Shown here one piece after another: positions 22,119-32,402 of a DNA stretch of 43,314 nucleotides. Numbering within the stretch: position 1 is the first letter of the stretch; every line of letters begins with the position of its first letter. Position numbers and translations under genes: made by a program. The notes beneath the pieces were generated by a model that saw nothing but the letters and a program-made list of their open reading frames with translations, was not told where the DNA came from and made no database searches. The stretch comes from a virus, in IMG/VR virus record IMGVR_UViG_2713897325_000001, positions 1 through 43,314 of that record; one strand, 5' to 3'.

Positions 22119-22766
22119 ATGGCAGCAAGAATCTGGACAATTCAGAACCAAAAAGGCGGCACGACCAAGACGACGACCGCAACGAACGTCGCCTGCTGCC
22201 TGGCCGACAAGCACAAAAAGAGCGTGCTTCTCGTTGACCTCGACGGCCGCCAAGGCTCCGCAACCGACTGGGCTACGTCCCGCGCAGACACCGCGACACT
22301 GATCCCCTGCGTGATCATGCGGGAGACACTGAAACGCGACCTACCGAGGATATCGAGCGGATACGACTACGTAATAATCGACGGCATCCCGCAGATAAGT
22401 ACGCTGACGTCCGACGCTGTAAAAGTGTCCGACCTGGTGATCATTCCCGTGCAGCCAAGCCAGTACGACATTTGGGCGACCGCCGATATGGTCCAACTGG
22501 TAAAGGACCGACAGGAAGTTACAGGCGGCACGCCAAAGGCCGTGCTAATGATCGCCAGAGCCATCGCAGGGACCATCCTCGAGCGCGACGCGCAGAAGGC
22601 ACTGCTCAACTACGAACTACCTCTCACAACAACACAGACGCACCAGCGCGTTGCGTATGGAAAGGGAATCGCGCAAGGCAACAGCGTCATGGATCTGGCC
22701 GCTGACGACGAGGCGCGCCTAGAAATCGAAGCGCTTACGCTTGAACTTATGGAGCTCGACAAATGA
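22119..22766 (+). CDS. parA: Partition ATPase ParA, type Ib (arm 2 copy)
   Basis: Exact mirror of 20549..21196; identical protein in the ORF track. Confidence 0.9.
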   Translation: MAARIWTIQNQKGGTTKTTTATNVACCLADKHKKSVLLVDLDGRQGSATDWATSRADTATLIPCVIMRETLKRDLPRISSGYDYVIIDGIPQISTLTSDAVKVSDLVIIPVQPSQYDIWATADMVQLVKDRQEVTGGTPKAVLMIARAIAGTILERDAQKALLNYELPLTTTQTHQRVAYGKGIAQGNSVMDLAADDEARLEIEALTLELMELDK

Positions 22767-23074
22767 AAGAGACGGCACTCAGCACAACCCGCCCAGGGCG
22801 CGGGCCAGCAGCACCAGTTGAGCCACACGTCGAAAAGGCTCGGCGCGCAGTGATCACCGAGTCAACCGAGGAGAAGCAGCTAAAAGCTATCGTGCCGGTC
22901 AGGTATCACCGGGGCACGAACGACATAAAAAGCATGTCGGCCGATAACGTTCCGGTCAAATATCTGATCATTGAAGCGCTAGACGACCTGTTCAAAAAGT
23001 ACGAGCAAGGAAAGGGGCATTTCGAAGTCGAGGATAAGGAGGAATTGCGTCGCCGACTGGAATCACTGAAGTGA
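22763..23074 (+). CDS. ParG-like RHH partition partner (arm 2 copy)
   Basis: Exact mirror of 20241..20552. Confidence 0.6.
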   Translation: MKETALSTTRPGRGPAAPVEPHVEKARRAVITESTEEKQLKAIVPVRYHRGTNDIKSMSADNVPVKYLIIEALDDLFKKYEQGKGHFEVEDKEELRRRLESLK

Positions 23075-23083
23075 AGAAAGGGG

Positions 23084-23111
23084 CCTGACAGCGGGTGCGA
23101 CCGCTGCCAGG
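23084..23111 (+). other. Intergenic hairpin (arm 2 copy)
   Basis: Exact mirror of 20204..20231. Confidence 0.4.
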
Positions 23112-23140
23112 CAGGACCGATAAAACCTTGGGGAATGATC

Positions 23141-23296
23141 ATGTCCAAAAAGGACTATACCACAGCGCGCGGCCTCAGCCTGCGCGAAGCAGCAGACCCA
23201 GCAAACCGTGCGCTTGTTGAGGCATATCTCTCACGCGAATGCAGCCTGATCGCCTGGAACGGCTTCCTACGAATGATAGGGGAGCCATCAGCATGA
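23141..23296 (+). CDS. 51-aa ORF coupled to the methyltransferase (arm 2 copy)
   Basis: Exact mirror of 20019..20174. Translated by hand from this strand. Confidence 0.45.
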   Translation: MSKKDYTTARGLSLREAADPANRALVEAYLSRECSLIAWNGFLRMIGEPSA

Positions 23297-24216
23297 CAAC
23301 CGCCGTCGATTTGTTTGCAGGCCTCGGGGGCTGGACGTCAGGCGCAAAAATGGCAGGAGTAGAAGTCCTATGGGCTGCAAATCACTGGCCGACCGCTGTC
23401 GAATGGCACACCGCAAACCACCCTCAAGCAATGCATGTGTGCCAAGACCTGCACCAGGCTGACTGGTCAAAGGTTCCCGCCCACGACATGCTTCTGGCCG
23501 CTCCATGCTGCCAAGGCCACACTCGAGCTCGCGGAAAAACAGCAGGCAACCCCCAGCACGACGCATCACGGTCGACCGCGTGGGCTGTAGTCTCGGCGCT
23601 CGAGTTCCACAAACCAGAAATAGCCATAATTGAAAACGTCCCCGAGTTCACCCGATGGACACTTTACCCGGCGTGGTCGCAAGCGATGCGGGCGCTTGGA
23701 TATCAACTGGCACCACACATTCTCGACTGCGCCGACCTCGGCGTGCCGCAACACCGCGTTCGATTATTTCTCGTATGCACTCGCAGCAAGGCCCCGCTAA
23801 TGCTGCAGATCCCAAGACACCAGCACGTACCCGCGTCCAGCTTCCTAGACTTCAACGCCGGCAAGTGGTCACCCATCATCCGCCCAGGGCGCGCCGAGGC
23901 TACTCTGCGCCGCGTAGAGAACGGCAGAAAGAGTTTTGGCGAGCGCTTCATCATGCCCTACTACGGGAAAGGCTCAGGCCTGACCGGGCGATGCCTCGAA
24001 CGGCCGATTGGAACCATCACAACCCGCGATCGCTGGGCGCTGGTCGACGGCGACAGGATGCGAATGGTCAGCGCCGACGAGGTACTACAGGCCATGACAT
24101 TCCCGGCCGACACCCGCCGACCGGATAATCATCGCCTAACAGTGCATATGGCCGGCAACGCCGTACCGCCCAAAGCAGCCGACCAAGTCATCCGAGCAGT
24201 TCAACTTTCCGCATAA
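23293..24216 (+). CDS. DNA (cytosine-5)-methyltransferase, orphan (arm 2 copy)
   Basis: Exact mirror of 19099..20022. Confidence 0.85.
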   Translation: MTTAVDLFAGLGGWTSGAKMAGVEVLWAANHWPTAVEWHTANHPQAMHVCQDLHQADWSKVPAHDMLLAAPCCQGHTRARGKTAGNPQHDASRSTAWAVVSALEFHKPEIAIIENVPEFTRWTLYPAWSQAMRALGYQLAPHILDCADLGVPQHRVRLFLVCTRSKAPLMLQIPRHQHVPASSFLDFNAGKWSPIIRPGRAEATLRRVENGRKSFGERFIMPYYGKGSGLTGRCLERPIGTITTRDRWALVDGDRMRMVSADEVLQAMTFPADTRRPDNHRLTVHMAGNAVPPKAADQVIRAVQLSA

Positions 24217-24223
24217 ACCCCAC

Positions 24224-24249
24224 AAGCCCGCCGCCCCAGCGGGCTTTTT
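24224..24249 (+). terminator. Terminator after the methyltransferase (arm 2 copy)
   Basis: Exact mirror of 19066..19091. Confidence 0.6.
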
Positions 24250-24289
24250 GCTACCCTGCGCGCCTCAACCAAAAGGAGATCCGCGCAGC

Positions 24290-24649
24290 ATGAAAGCCAA
24301 GCACCTGCTCATCGGCGCCGCCGCTGTAGCACTACTCGCGATATTCATAAACGATCTGGTCAACAAAGACGCCAACGCGCTCGAGCGCGTAAACGATCGC
24401 GTCGGCCTAAAGGTCAACTGCTCGATCGAGAAAGTCGACGGGCGCCGCTGGGGCGCATGCCGCTACAAGGCCAACGACGCGCCGGCCAGCGCCTGGCTCA
24501 AGCGCGGCGATATGTGGGTAGCCGGCAATGGTGCCGCAATGGAAGTCATAAACCGTATGGGCACCGGCGTAGACCTGCAGAACCTACCGAACGTAATGAC
24601 CGACTACCAGAACCCGCCCACCATGCCGGACGAGCTGTTCGCGCAGTAA
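24290..24649 (+). CDS. Small signal-anchored/secreted hypothetical protein (arm 2 copy)
   Basis: Exact mirror of 18666..19025. Confidence 0.65.
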   Translation: MKAKHLLIGAAAVALLAIFINDLVNKDANALERVNDRVGLKVNCSIEKVDGRRWGACRYKANDAPASAWLKRGDMWVAGNGAAMEVINRMGTGVDLQNLPNVMTDYQNPPTMPDELFAQ

Positions 24650-24660
24650 CGCCAGAAACG

Positions 24661-24700
24661 AAAAAAAGCCCCCACCGCCGTTAGGCAGTGGGGGCTTTTT
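24661..24700. terminator. Bidirectional terminator (arm 2 copy)
   Basis: Exact mirror of 18615..18654. Confidence 0.8.
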
Positions 24701-25713
24701 CAATCGTCAACAGGAAGGGTTGCAACGACCCGGCAGCGGTAACTTTGCTGGCGCGAGCCCGAGGCCGTGGCCTTGTCGATAGACCAGGCGCCTTGCATGT
24801 ACGACGGCCAAGTGCCGTCGAGAATGACAACACCCTCGGCCTGCAGCAGCGGGTTACCCGGACAGTCAATTGTGACCTGCCTTGACTCGCGCTTGAGCTT
24901 GCGCGACGCGCCCTCACCCGCAGCCTTTGCCTCGGCCTCGTTCTGATAGCGCTGGCGGTCACGCTTGAACGGCTCCGTGCCCGTCTCAACCGTACACTCT
25001 TCGGCCTTGGCGCCATCCCACCAGGTCGTTTTGCAGCCCTTGAACTTGACGCGGCTATTCTCGTCGAGCGTGGCATTGATAAACGATCGCTCGTCGGGCC
25101 TGGCGCCCTTCGTGACCGAAAGGACCACGGTCGGCGCCGCCTTGCCCGACAGCGACTTGAGCTCGCCCCGGCGCCCCATGACATACAGGTCATTGACCGG
25201 TTTCGTAACAGCGTCGTACTTGTCAGATATCCGGGTCAGAAACCCCATATCCGTCTCGTTCGTCTGGTCGACGTGGTCGATAACCAGCGCATCCAACTCA
25301 GGCGAAATTCGCGGGGAGAATCCGTGCTTTCCCGTGAGCTCTCGAAAGACTGCGCCAAGCGTGGTCGGACCGTAGGAAGCCGACCGACGCTCTTTGAACT
25401 TCGTATCGTCGGCCACCTTGAACGGCGCGGCCGTGGCGACGATGGTCAGCAGGGCCGGGAATAGCTGGGGCTTCGTGTCCTTAATCGTGAACTCGCCGAC
25501 GTCGACGAGCCCTGTCTCTGCATACCCAACCTGCAGCCCGATTTTCCCGTCCGGGCTCGGCAAACCGTCGAGGCCCTCAATGTTGATCGTCAGCTTTAGC
25601 GAATCCGATTCGATACCTGCAGCGTCGACGTGCTCCCAGTCGACCAGGCGCGAATTTATCAGATCCGCATTTGCGCCCGTCACGCGGACAAGCGGCGTAA
25701 ATCCAAGCGTCAT
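24700..25713 (-). CDS. Tail / late control protein D (arm 2 copy)
   Basis: Exact mirror of 17602..18615. Confidence 0.85.
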   Translation of the reverse strand: MTLGFTPLVRVTGANADLINSRLVDWEHVDAAGIESDSLKLTINIEGLDGLPSPDGKIGLQVGYAETGLVDVGEFTIKDTKPQLFPALLTIVATAAPFKVADDTKFKERRSASYGPTTLGAVFRELTGKHGFSPRISPELDALVIDHVDQTNETDMGFLTRISDKYDAVTKPVNDLYVMGRRGELKSLSGKAAPTVVLSVTKGARPDERSFINATLDENSRVKFKGCKTTWWDGAKAEECTVETGTEPFKRDRQRYQNEAEAKAAGEGASRKLKRESRQVTIDCPGNPLLQAEGVVILDGTWPSYMQGAWSIDKATASGSRQQSYRCRVVATLPVDD

Positions 25714-25723
25714 AACTCCCCCA

Positions 25724-25936
25724 TTAATCCCAGGCGCTGGCGCGTGTAGAAACGGCCGGCTTTTTGTCGAGCTCCGGCAGGTTTACCCGCACGCCTGACG
25801 GCAGAGCGGCCCCATGCTCAGCGAGGCCCGGATTCAAAAGCCAGAAAGCAGCCTCGGCCTCGTCGTCAGACCTGCCCGTCTCGCGATAGAGCAGGATGTT
25901 TGCGGTATCACCTGCGATAGAAAGCACTGTGCGCAT
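25724..25936 (-). CDS. Tail protein X (arm 2 copy)
   Basis: Exact mirror of 17379..17591. Confidence 0.8.
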   Translation of the reverse strand: MRTVLSIAGDTANILLYRETGRSDDEAEAAFWLLNPGLAEHGAALPSGVRVNLPELDKKPAVSTRASAWD

Positions 25937-26313
25937 CAGAAAAATTCCTCAAGCTCGAGCGTCCACTCGAGCAGAGTCGCGGTCCCGTCGTCCACAGTGC
26001 GTTTCTGCGACTCGTCGACCGAGTTGATACGCCAGCGCCCCCACACACGGCCGATGCCGTCGACGAGCATGTAAGGCACCCGCGCGTTCGCCATCGAGCG
26101 CAAAGCCTCAACGCGGGCCATTCCTGCAGCCCATTGCGCTTTCCCCTGCAGGCGCAGAGTCTCGAGGCCCTGCCCGGTCTGGTGTGAGCGCGGCTTGCTG
26201 CTGATGATATCCAGACTGACCCATCCGCCCGTCGTCTTGCGATCGAGCGTGTCATAGGGGAAATCGCTCGACAGGCCGAACACGAACTCCCCGAGCGCCA
26301 TTTGCTGCGACAT
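25936..26313 (-). CDS. Tail protein U (arm 2 copy)
   Basis: Exact mirror of 17002..17379. Confidence 0.85.
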   Translation of the reverse strand: MSQQMALGEFVFGLSSDFPYDTLDRKTTGGWVSLDIISSKPRSHQTGQGLETLRLQGKAQWAAGMARVEALRSMANARVPYMLVDGIGRVWGRWRINSVDESQKRTVDDGTATLLEWTLELEEFF

Positions 26314-29300
26314 CAACTACCCCCATCGGTCAAAGAAGAACTACGGCGCTGCCCGAGCGACGAGTCGCCGCCAAGCATCATCGACTGAAACTCAGCCCTG
26401 ATTCGCTCCATGATTTTATCCGCCATGCCCTTGTCATAAGCCGGATCACCGCTCGGCTGAATCGTGATACTCGGCGCAAACGTCGTGTTTTTTGACTCCG
26501 AGATCCCGCCCGCAGCCAGGTCGCTTGCGACCTGATCGGGAGGACTCAACTTGTCTTCGCTGAACCATCCGCCAATCTTGTCGCCGAGCCAGTCGCCGAC
26601 CTCGCCGCCCGCAAACCCGCCCGCCAAGCCGCCCAGGGCGCCGCCGATGGCAGTCCCCACACCAGGCAAAATAAACGTACCGATCGTGGCGCCCAACTGC
26701 GCGCCAGCCCATGCGCCGGCCATAGAGCCACCGGCCGACCCGACAGAAGCGCCCACCTCGGCCGTGCTTGATCCCTCGTCACCGGCCTGACTCATGCCCG
26801 CAGAGAGCAGCGCTGGCGCCGCCTGCATAAGCGCTGCAGCACCCTTTTTGCCCATCCTTTTCAGCTTCGCACGGCGCCCACCGGGCGGATGCGGGCCACC
26901 AGGCGGGCCGCCTGCAGGATCGTGCCCAGGCTCATCGTCGGCGGCTGGCCACGACTCGGCCAGCGTCTCAACAGCGCCGACCCACGCAGGTGGGTCAGCC
27001 TTCACCGCCGCAGCCGTCACCGCTGCAGCTTCGCTCGCCACAGGATCGATAGCCGCCGACATGGTCGACGCCGCTTGGCTCGCGACTGGAGCTGCTGCAG
27101 CAATTGCGGCAGGTGCAGCACTCGTCGCAATCGGAGCAGCCTGGCGCGCGGCCTGGACGACCGACGTCGCGCCTGGCGCACCAGATGCACCAGGTGCAAC
27201 AAGCCGCACCACCGGAGCTGCAGCAGCAGAAGCCGCTGCAGGCCGGATAAGCGCGTCAGGGGCCGCAGGAAGCCCACCCCTTGCGCTGACGTGACCTGCA
27301 CCAGAAAACCCGATAGACGAGCCGCCAGACGCCATAGCGGACCCAGCAGCCGCAGCCGCTGTAGTGGCGGCCGCCGCTGCAGCTATCCTCGCCCTGGAGC
27401 CCGCAAAGCGAGACCCAGCGGCCGGCGCCGGTGCTGGCGTTGGCGACACTACCGGCGTAATACGTGCGGCCGGACTGCGAGCCGAACGTCTGACTGCAGC
27501 CCGAGCCGCACGACTCTCACGACGTCGCGTTGACCGATTCGCCGCGCCGGCAGTACGCGCAGCACCTGCCGCACGCGGCGTGATGCGAGGCCCACCAGCG
27601 CCTCGCTGGCCACCGAGCCGGTCAAGGTTCGAATTGAGCCTGGCCACAGCCTTGCTTGCGCGATCGGCCGACGCAGCAGTGCGATCAGGACTGCCGGCGC
27701 CGCCGAGCTTCGCACGCAACAGCCCGCCCTTGTTCAGACCCTGGCCAAGCAATAGCCCGCCGAATTTAAGACCTGTTATTGCAACCTTCGCCGCGACCAG
27801 GCCGGCGACACCAATTGCGATCGCCGACGTCACGCCCGGAAAAGCCTCGGCCGCGTCCGCGATCATGTCGACGACCTTACCCAACGGCGCAAGCACTGCA
27901 TCGACAGCGGGCAGCATTGCGGTGCCGATAACGGTAGACAGACGCGTCAGACGCGCCGTGAAGCTATTCCAGCCGGTGCGCGACGTATTCGCCACGCCGG
28001 CCGCTTCCTGCATCATCGAGCCATTCGCGCCGAGTGCTGACGTCGCGTACTTGCTCTTATCCTTGACCATGTCGAACGCGCGCTGCACCTCGCCAAGGTT
28101 CTGCAGCAGCGGTTGAATTGCACCGATGGATTCCGAACCGAAAAGCTCAGTGGCCACGGCGGCCTGTTCTGCGACTGGCTGCTGCTTGATCGCCTTCAAA
28201 ACGCGCATGATCGTGTCAGGCGCGTTTTTCTGCATGTCTCGCGACAGGTCGACCGGATCAAAGCCGAGATCCTTCCAGGCTTCCTTTTGCCCCTTGGTCG
28301 CGGCCTGGCCTTTGGTCAGCGCTGCAGTGAAGTTTTTGAAGCCAGTACCGGCGATTTCCTTTTCCGTGCCGGGGTTGAGGAAGGCCGCCGAGAGCGCCGC
28401 TGTCTGCTCCGGCGACATACCCGAAGCCTTGCCCACGGCACCGTAACGTTTCACGACAGACGCAATGTCAGAGGCCGTAGCGTTGAAACTGTTGCCGAGA
28501 TAGTTCGTCGAGTCGGCCAGATCGAGCGTTTGCGCCCGGTTCAGGTTCATCGACGCCCGCCAGCCCGCCATAGTTTCGCCGGCTTCCTGCGCACCGATAT
28601 CGAATGCAGCACCCATGATCGCCGCGTCGCGCGTGAAATCCATGATCGCGGCTTGCTTACCCTTCTGGTCGACCGTGCCGTCTTTGTTTTTGACATCGTT
28701 ACCAATGCCCGACTGGCCGGCCGCGTACTCGATCTTTGCGAGATCGATCGCGGTCATACCCGACGAGGCGATCATCCGGTCGCTGGCCAGCTTCAAGTTG
28801 GCCGAGGCCATCGCCTCGCGCTCACCCTCGCCGAAGTTGATCACCTTGCCGACGTCAGCCATCGACGTCTGCATATCCATCGCATGGTTGATCGGCCGAG
28901 TTGCGACATAAGCCATCGCCGCCGTCTCGACCATCTGCCCGCGCAACTCCGCGCGCTTGCCCCGGTTGCCGTCAATCTTCGACTGAGCGCCCTGCACAGC
29001 CTTGAGCTTCGCCTGCTGGGCCTGCAGAGCGTTGTTCGCGGCCGCAGTCTCAGTCTTGAGCCGCTTCTGCTCACTGGCGAGCTTGCCGGTGTCGACGCCT
29101 GCACCCTTTAACGCGCTCTGCAGACTCTTGAGCTCGTTGCGTTCGGCCCGCTGCGCAGCGCTCAACGTCTTGACGCTGGCCGAGGCCTTGTCCTGCGCTG
29201 TATCGAGCTTGCCCATGTCGGCCGACGCGCTTTTGAGATCCCGCGCAAGGCGCGTCGTCTCAACTCGAGCGGCGCGGATCTGCGCGGTGCTCGCCTGACT

Positions 29301-29627
29301 CGAGGCCGACAGTTTGCTCAGCCTTGCGCTCGCCTCGGCGTGCTGCTGGTTGAGCTCTTGAACTTTCACAGCGGCCGCTTTCTGCTCGCGACCGAGACGG
29401 TTCTGCTCGAGGCGAGCAGCCTGCAGCGCGGCCTTCGTCTTGACGACCTTTTCCGACAGCTTGTCGAAACCATCCGCCGATCGCGCGGCGCGGTTAAGCC
29501 GGTCGATCTCGGCCCGCTGCTCACGCATGCCTTCGTTGATTTTGGCCGTCTTTTTCGAGAAGTCCCCGAACGTGCTGGTGTACGCATCAACGGCGGCCAG
29601 CCGCAGCGAATATTTCTGTTCTGCCAC
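26313..29627 (-). CDS. Tail tape measure protein (arm 2 copy)
   Basis: Exact mirror of 13688..17002. Confidence 0.9.
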   Translation of the reverse strand: MAEQKYSLRLAAVDAYTSTFGDFSKKTAKINEGMREQRAEIDRLNRAARSADGFDKLSEKVVKTKAALQAARLEQNRLGREQKAAAVKVQELNQQHAEASARLSKLSASSQASTAQIRAARVETTRLARDLKSASADMGKLDTAQDKASASVKTLSAAQRAERNELKSLQSALKGAGVDTGKLASEQKRLKTETAAANNALQAQQAKLKAVQGAQSKIDGNRGKRAELRGQMVETAAMAYVATRPINHAMDMQTSMADVGKVINFGEGEREAMASANLKLASDRMIASSGMTAIDLAKIEYAAGQSGIGNDVKNKDGTVDQKGKQAAIMDFTRDAAIMGAAFDIGAQEAGETMAGWRASMNLNRAQTLDLADSTNYLGNSFNATASDIASVVKRYGAVGKASGMSPEQTAALSAAFLNPGTEKEIAGTGFKNFTAALTKGQAATKGQKEAWKDLGFDPVDLSRDMQKNAPDTIMRVLKAIKQQPVAEQAAVATELFGSESIGAIQPLLQNLGEVQRAFDMVKDKSKYATSALGANGSMMQEAAGVANTSRTGWNSFTARLTRLSTVIGTAMLPAVDAVLAPLGKVVDMIADAAEAFPGVTSAIAIGVAGLVAAKVAITGLKFGGLLLGQGLNKGGLLRAKLGGAGSPDRTAASADRASKAVARLNSNLDRLGGQRGAGGPRITPRAAGAARTAGAANRSTRRRESRAARAAVRRSARSPAARITPVVSPTPAPAPAAGSRFAGSRARIAAAAAATTAAAAAGSAMASGGSSIGFSGAGHVSARGGLPAAPDALIRPAAASAAAAPVVRLVAPGASGAPGATSVVQAARQAAPIATSAAPAAIAAAAPVASQAASTMSAAIDPVASEAAAVTAAAVKADPPAWVGAVETLAESWPAADDEPGHDPAGGPPGGPHPPGGRRAKLKRMGKKGAAALMQAAPALLSAGMSQAGDEGSSTAEVGASVGSAGGSMAGAWAGAQLGATIGTFILPGVGTAIGGALGGLAGGFAGGEVGDWLGDKIGGWFSEDKLSPPDQVASDLAAGGISESKNTTFAPSITIQPSGDPAYDKGMADKIMERIRAEFQSMMLGGDSSLGQRRSSSLTDGGS

Positions 29628-29637
29628 AGCTCACCCC

Positions 29638-30380
29638 TTAACCTTTTTTAGCGCCCAGCCGAGCGATGGCCAGCTCATACCGACGCATCGCTTTTTCGGC
29701 GTCCCACTCCAGAATCTCGGACTCGCTGACGTGGTACACCAGCGGAACCACATCGAGTATTACTTCGATGTCGCGGTCTGAAAGTAGTCCGCCGGTTTGT
29801 TTAAAAAACTGTCCACCCGTTCCTGTAGCTGCGTCCAGTCCGGGCAGCTCAGCATGTGGATCTCGGTCACGCTCAGGCCGGCACAGTGCGCGCTGATGAA
29901 GTCGGCAGGCTCATAATCACCCTTCATTTTCTGCATGATCTTCGTCGCTTTGAGCGCCGGAACCTCGAGCGTCAAACTGGTGATCTGACCCATCACACCC
30001 TTTATCGGAACCAGCAACGGTACGACGTCTGGATCTTCTGGCAACCGTTCCAGATAGAAACTTGCGGGAAGCTTGATGTAGTCGTTCAGGATCGCGCCGA
30101 GGGACACGAAGTCAGGCCGCTTGATCTTGTCGATCACGTCCTCGTCATAGCCGGTAGCCAGTGCGAGAAGGGCCTCAAACTGCGCCTCGACGTCATCGCT
30201 CACCGTGGCCAGCGCCTTGCGGTGCTCGATCACGCTGAAAGGGCGCAGCACGATCTCAGTGATCGTCGACTCGCCGCCTTCGTCGGCGTCGACAGTGATC
30301 GGAAAGCACAGCTTATGCGTGGGCATTACCCAAGGCTTGCGGCTTTTGGCGCGGGGCTTTTTGGTAGTCGGAGCGGTCAT
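29638..30380 (-). CDS. Tail chaperone E+E' -1 frameshift product (arm 2 copy)
   Basis: Exact mirror of 12935..13677. Confidence 0.7.
29760..30380 (-). CDS. Tail assembly chaperone gpE-like, tandem-domain (arm 2 copy)
   Basis: Exact mirror of 12935..13555. Confidence 0.75.
   Translation of the reverse strand: MTAPTTKKPRAKSRKPWVMPTHKLCFPITVDADEGGESTITEIVLRPFSVIEHRKALATVSDDVEAQFEALLALATGYDEDVIDKIKRPDFVSLGAILNDYIKLPASFYLERLPEDPDVVPLLVPIKGVMGQITSLTLEVPALKATKIMQKMKGDYEPADFISAHCAGLSVTEIHMLSCPDWTQLQERVDSFLNKPADYFQTATSK
29802..29808 (-). promoter_or_regulatory. -1 frameshift slippery heptamer (arm 2 copy)
   Basis: Exact mirror of 13507..13513. Confidence 0.7.
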
Positions 30381-30397
30381 TTTACTTTTCCTTGAGC

Positions 30398-30422
30398 AAC
30401 AAAAAGCCGCCCGGAGGCGGCT
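30398..30422 (-). terminator. Terminator after the tube gene (arm 2 copy)
   Basis: Exact mirror of 12893..12917. Confidence 0.7.
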
Positions 30423-30437
30423 TTAAAAGTGGGGCGG

Positions 30438-30944
30438 TTAGGCCATCAGGGCCAAGCGGCGAGAGCCTTTCAGAATGTCGTCGCCGTTGATGATGATTCG
30501 CTGTGTGCGGGTATCAACATCGACAACGGTAACGCCCGACTCAAGGCGCTTGTAGATGCGCAGCGCGATCTCCATAACGGTGACCGGCTTGTCTTTCATT
30601 TTGACCGTTTTCTCTTCGATCTTTTTCAGCTTGCCGATGCAGATATGGTTCGCGAACCACTCGTTATCGTCCTGATCGACACCGGCCTCGTTGACCGTCA
30701 GAGACACCGTCTGACCCTGCGTCGCGCCCATCGCCAGAAAGATCGGCAGACCAACGCCCTGCAGCGTGATCTTCGCCGTCATGGCCTTCATGCCGGTCGC
30801 CTGCTCTTCCTCGAGAAAGCGGCCGCCGCGCATGCCTTCCATTTCGAATTCGATCGGAGGCGGATCAAACTCGTCGATGGTGGCCATCAGCGGGAAACCC
30901 TGGAGCGTGGCGGTAATAACCTGCCTTACACGGTTCGTAAACAT
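30438..30944 (-). CDS. Tail tube protein (arm 2 copy)
   Basis: Exact mirror of 12371..12877. Confidence 0.88.
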   Translation of the reverse strand: MFTNRVRQVITATLQGFPLMATIDEFDPPPIEFEMEGMRGGRFLEEEQATGMKAMTAKITLQGVGLPIFLAMGATQGQTVSLTVNEAGVDQDDNEWFANHICIGKLKKIEEKTVKMKDKPVTVMEIALRIYKRLESGVTVVDVDTRTQRIIINGDDILKGSRRLALMA

Positions 30945-32113
30945 TACTTCAACACCTCGTTCAGGAATTCTTCGATGATCGAGTCACTAGCGTTCAGCTT
31001 GTAGACCATGTGCTCGTTCGGGGCGTAGCGGCCGTAGTCGACCACGATGTACCAGGTGCCGTTTTTGTAGTGCTCAGCACTGTTCAAATCGGGATCGAGG
31101 TACACGCTGCCGCCCGGAATGGTTTCGTCAGCGACCAGCGTCTGCAGCCAGGCGTCGATTTTTTCGACTTCCTGTTTCATGAACGACATGGTCAGGTTGC
31201 GCGACATGACGATCTGCGCAGCGGCCATCAACTTACGGGCGAGCGCATCCTCGAGCCCGACGTAACTGATGAACTTGCCGGTAATGGTTCGGTTACCGAT
31301 CAGGGAGAAACCGCCCATCGTGGTGCGCGCGTAATAGCCGAAGCCGTAGCGGTTCAGCAGGTCGCCTTCGGTAGCCTTGTCGAGAATGTTGTACTCGACG
31401 ACGCGCGAGACGTCCGCAGCGTAGGTGACCTGATTGCCGGGGCTCTCCCACGGCTTAACGGCGGCCAGCGCCGCGATAGCCAGGCTCGACGGCGGCAGGA
31501 ATACGTTCCCTTTTGCCGCCTTCGAATAAACGGCGGGCATCTGGTGAACGAAGTAGCAGCGGTCATAGCCGACGTCAGCACCACCGATTGCCTGGCTGTT
31601 CTTGACCTGATCAGCAACGGTTACGTCCTTGCCGTCACAGACCGCGCGGCAAAAGATGCGCTTGGCCAAGCTGGCCAACTCGCTGTAAACCGCCTGCTGA
31701 TCCGAGAAGCCAGGCGCACCGATGATCGTCGGCACCTCGGGCGCGGTAGCCAGCGCCGCGATACCCGTGATCTGACCCGACGCCACGTCTACGCCGCCCA
31801 ACACATTGTTGAGCGTGTCGGCCGCCGTAGCGCCCTTCTCGACGACAACGACGTAGATCGGGCACTTCACGACCTTGAGGATGTTTTTCACGACCAGATA
31901 CAGCGTACCGGCCTCGGTGCCCGTAGGGTCCAGCAGGTTGGCCGCGCCGTCACTGCTGATGCGAAACGGGGAATTGAGCGGAATGCCCAGACCGGCGTTT
32001 GGCGCAGTGCCTACCAGGCCAATTACGTTCTGGCCGAGAGCGCCCATAGGGTCCGGCGACTCGGTGATATTGAACGTGACGCCGTTGTGCTCGAAATTCG
32101 TTACTTCTGCCAT
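30944..32113 (-). CDS. Tail sheath protein (arm 2 copy)
   Basis: Exact mirror of 11202..12371. Confidence 0.9.
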   Translation of the reverse strand: MAEVTNFEHNGVTFNITESPDPMGALGQNVIGLVGTAPNAGLGIPLNSPFRISSDGAANLLDPTGTEAGTLYLVVKNILKVVKCPIYVVVVEKGATAADTLNNVLGGVDVASGQITGIAALATAPEVPTIIGAPGFSDQQAVYSELASLAKRIFCRAVCDGKDVTVADQVKNSQAIGGADVGYDRCYFVHQMPAVYSKAAKGNVFLPPSSLAIAALAAVKPWESPGNQVTYAADVSRVVEYNILDKATEGDLLNRYGFGYYARTTMGGFSLIGNRTITGKFISYVGLEDALARKLMAAAQIVMSRNLTMSFMKQEVEKIDAWLQTLVADETIPGGSVYLDPDLNSAEHYKNGTWYIVVDYGRYAPNEHMVYKLNASDSIIEEFLNEVLK

Positions 32114-32116
32114 TGC

Positions 32117-32329
32117 TTAGTCAGCCTTTACAGTGGGTTTCTTGGCCGTCTGAGCAGCAGACGCGGCCTCGGCGGCGATCTCAGCAGTCAGCTTGATACG
32201 GCCAGCGGCCTCGAGCTGCTGCGCTTGAACGTCGAGGAGCTCGAGCTCCTCGCCTTTGCGGGAGTAGTGGCCACCGCCTTTCGGGAACGGAACCAATACG
32301 GTGTATTTCTGGCGCAGGGTGTCGGCCAT
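32117..32329 (-). CDS. Small hypothetical protein preceding the sheath gene (arm 2 copy)
   Basis: Exact mirror of 10986..11198. Confidence 0.5.
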   Translation of the reverse strand: MADTLRQKYTVLVPFPKGGGHYSRKGEELELLDVQAQQLEAAGRIKLTAEIAAEAASAAQTAKKPTVKAD

Positions 32330-32347
32330 TGCGTGAATCTCCAGGCA

Positions 32348-32369
32348 CAAAAAAAGCCGCAGTGCGGCT
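32348..32369 (-). terminator. Terminator after the fibre module (arm 2 copy)
   Basis: Exact mirror of 10946..10967. Confidence 0.7.
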
Positions 32370-32402
32370 CTTGGGGGTTGTCAGATGAAGGGGGCGAAGC
32401 GG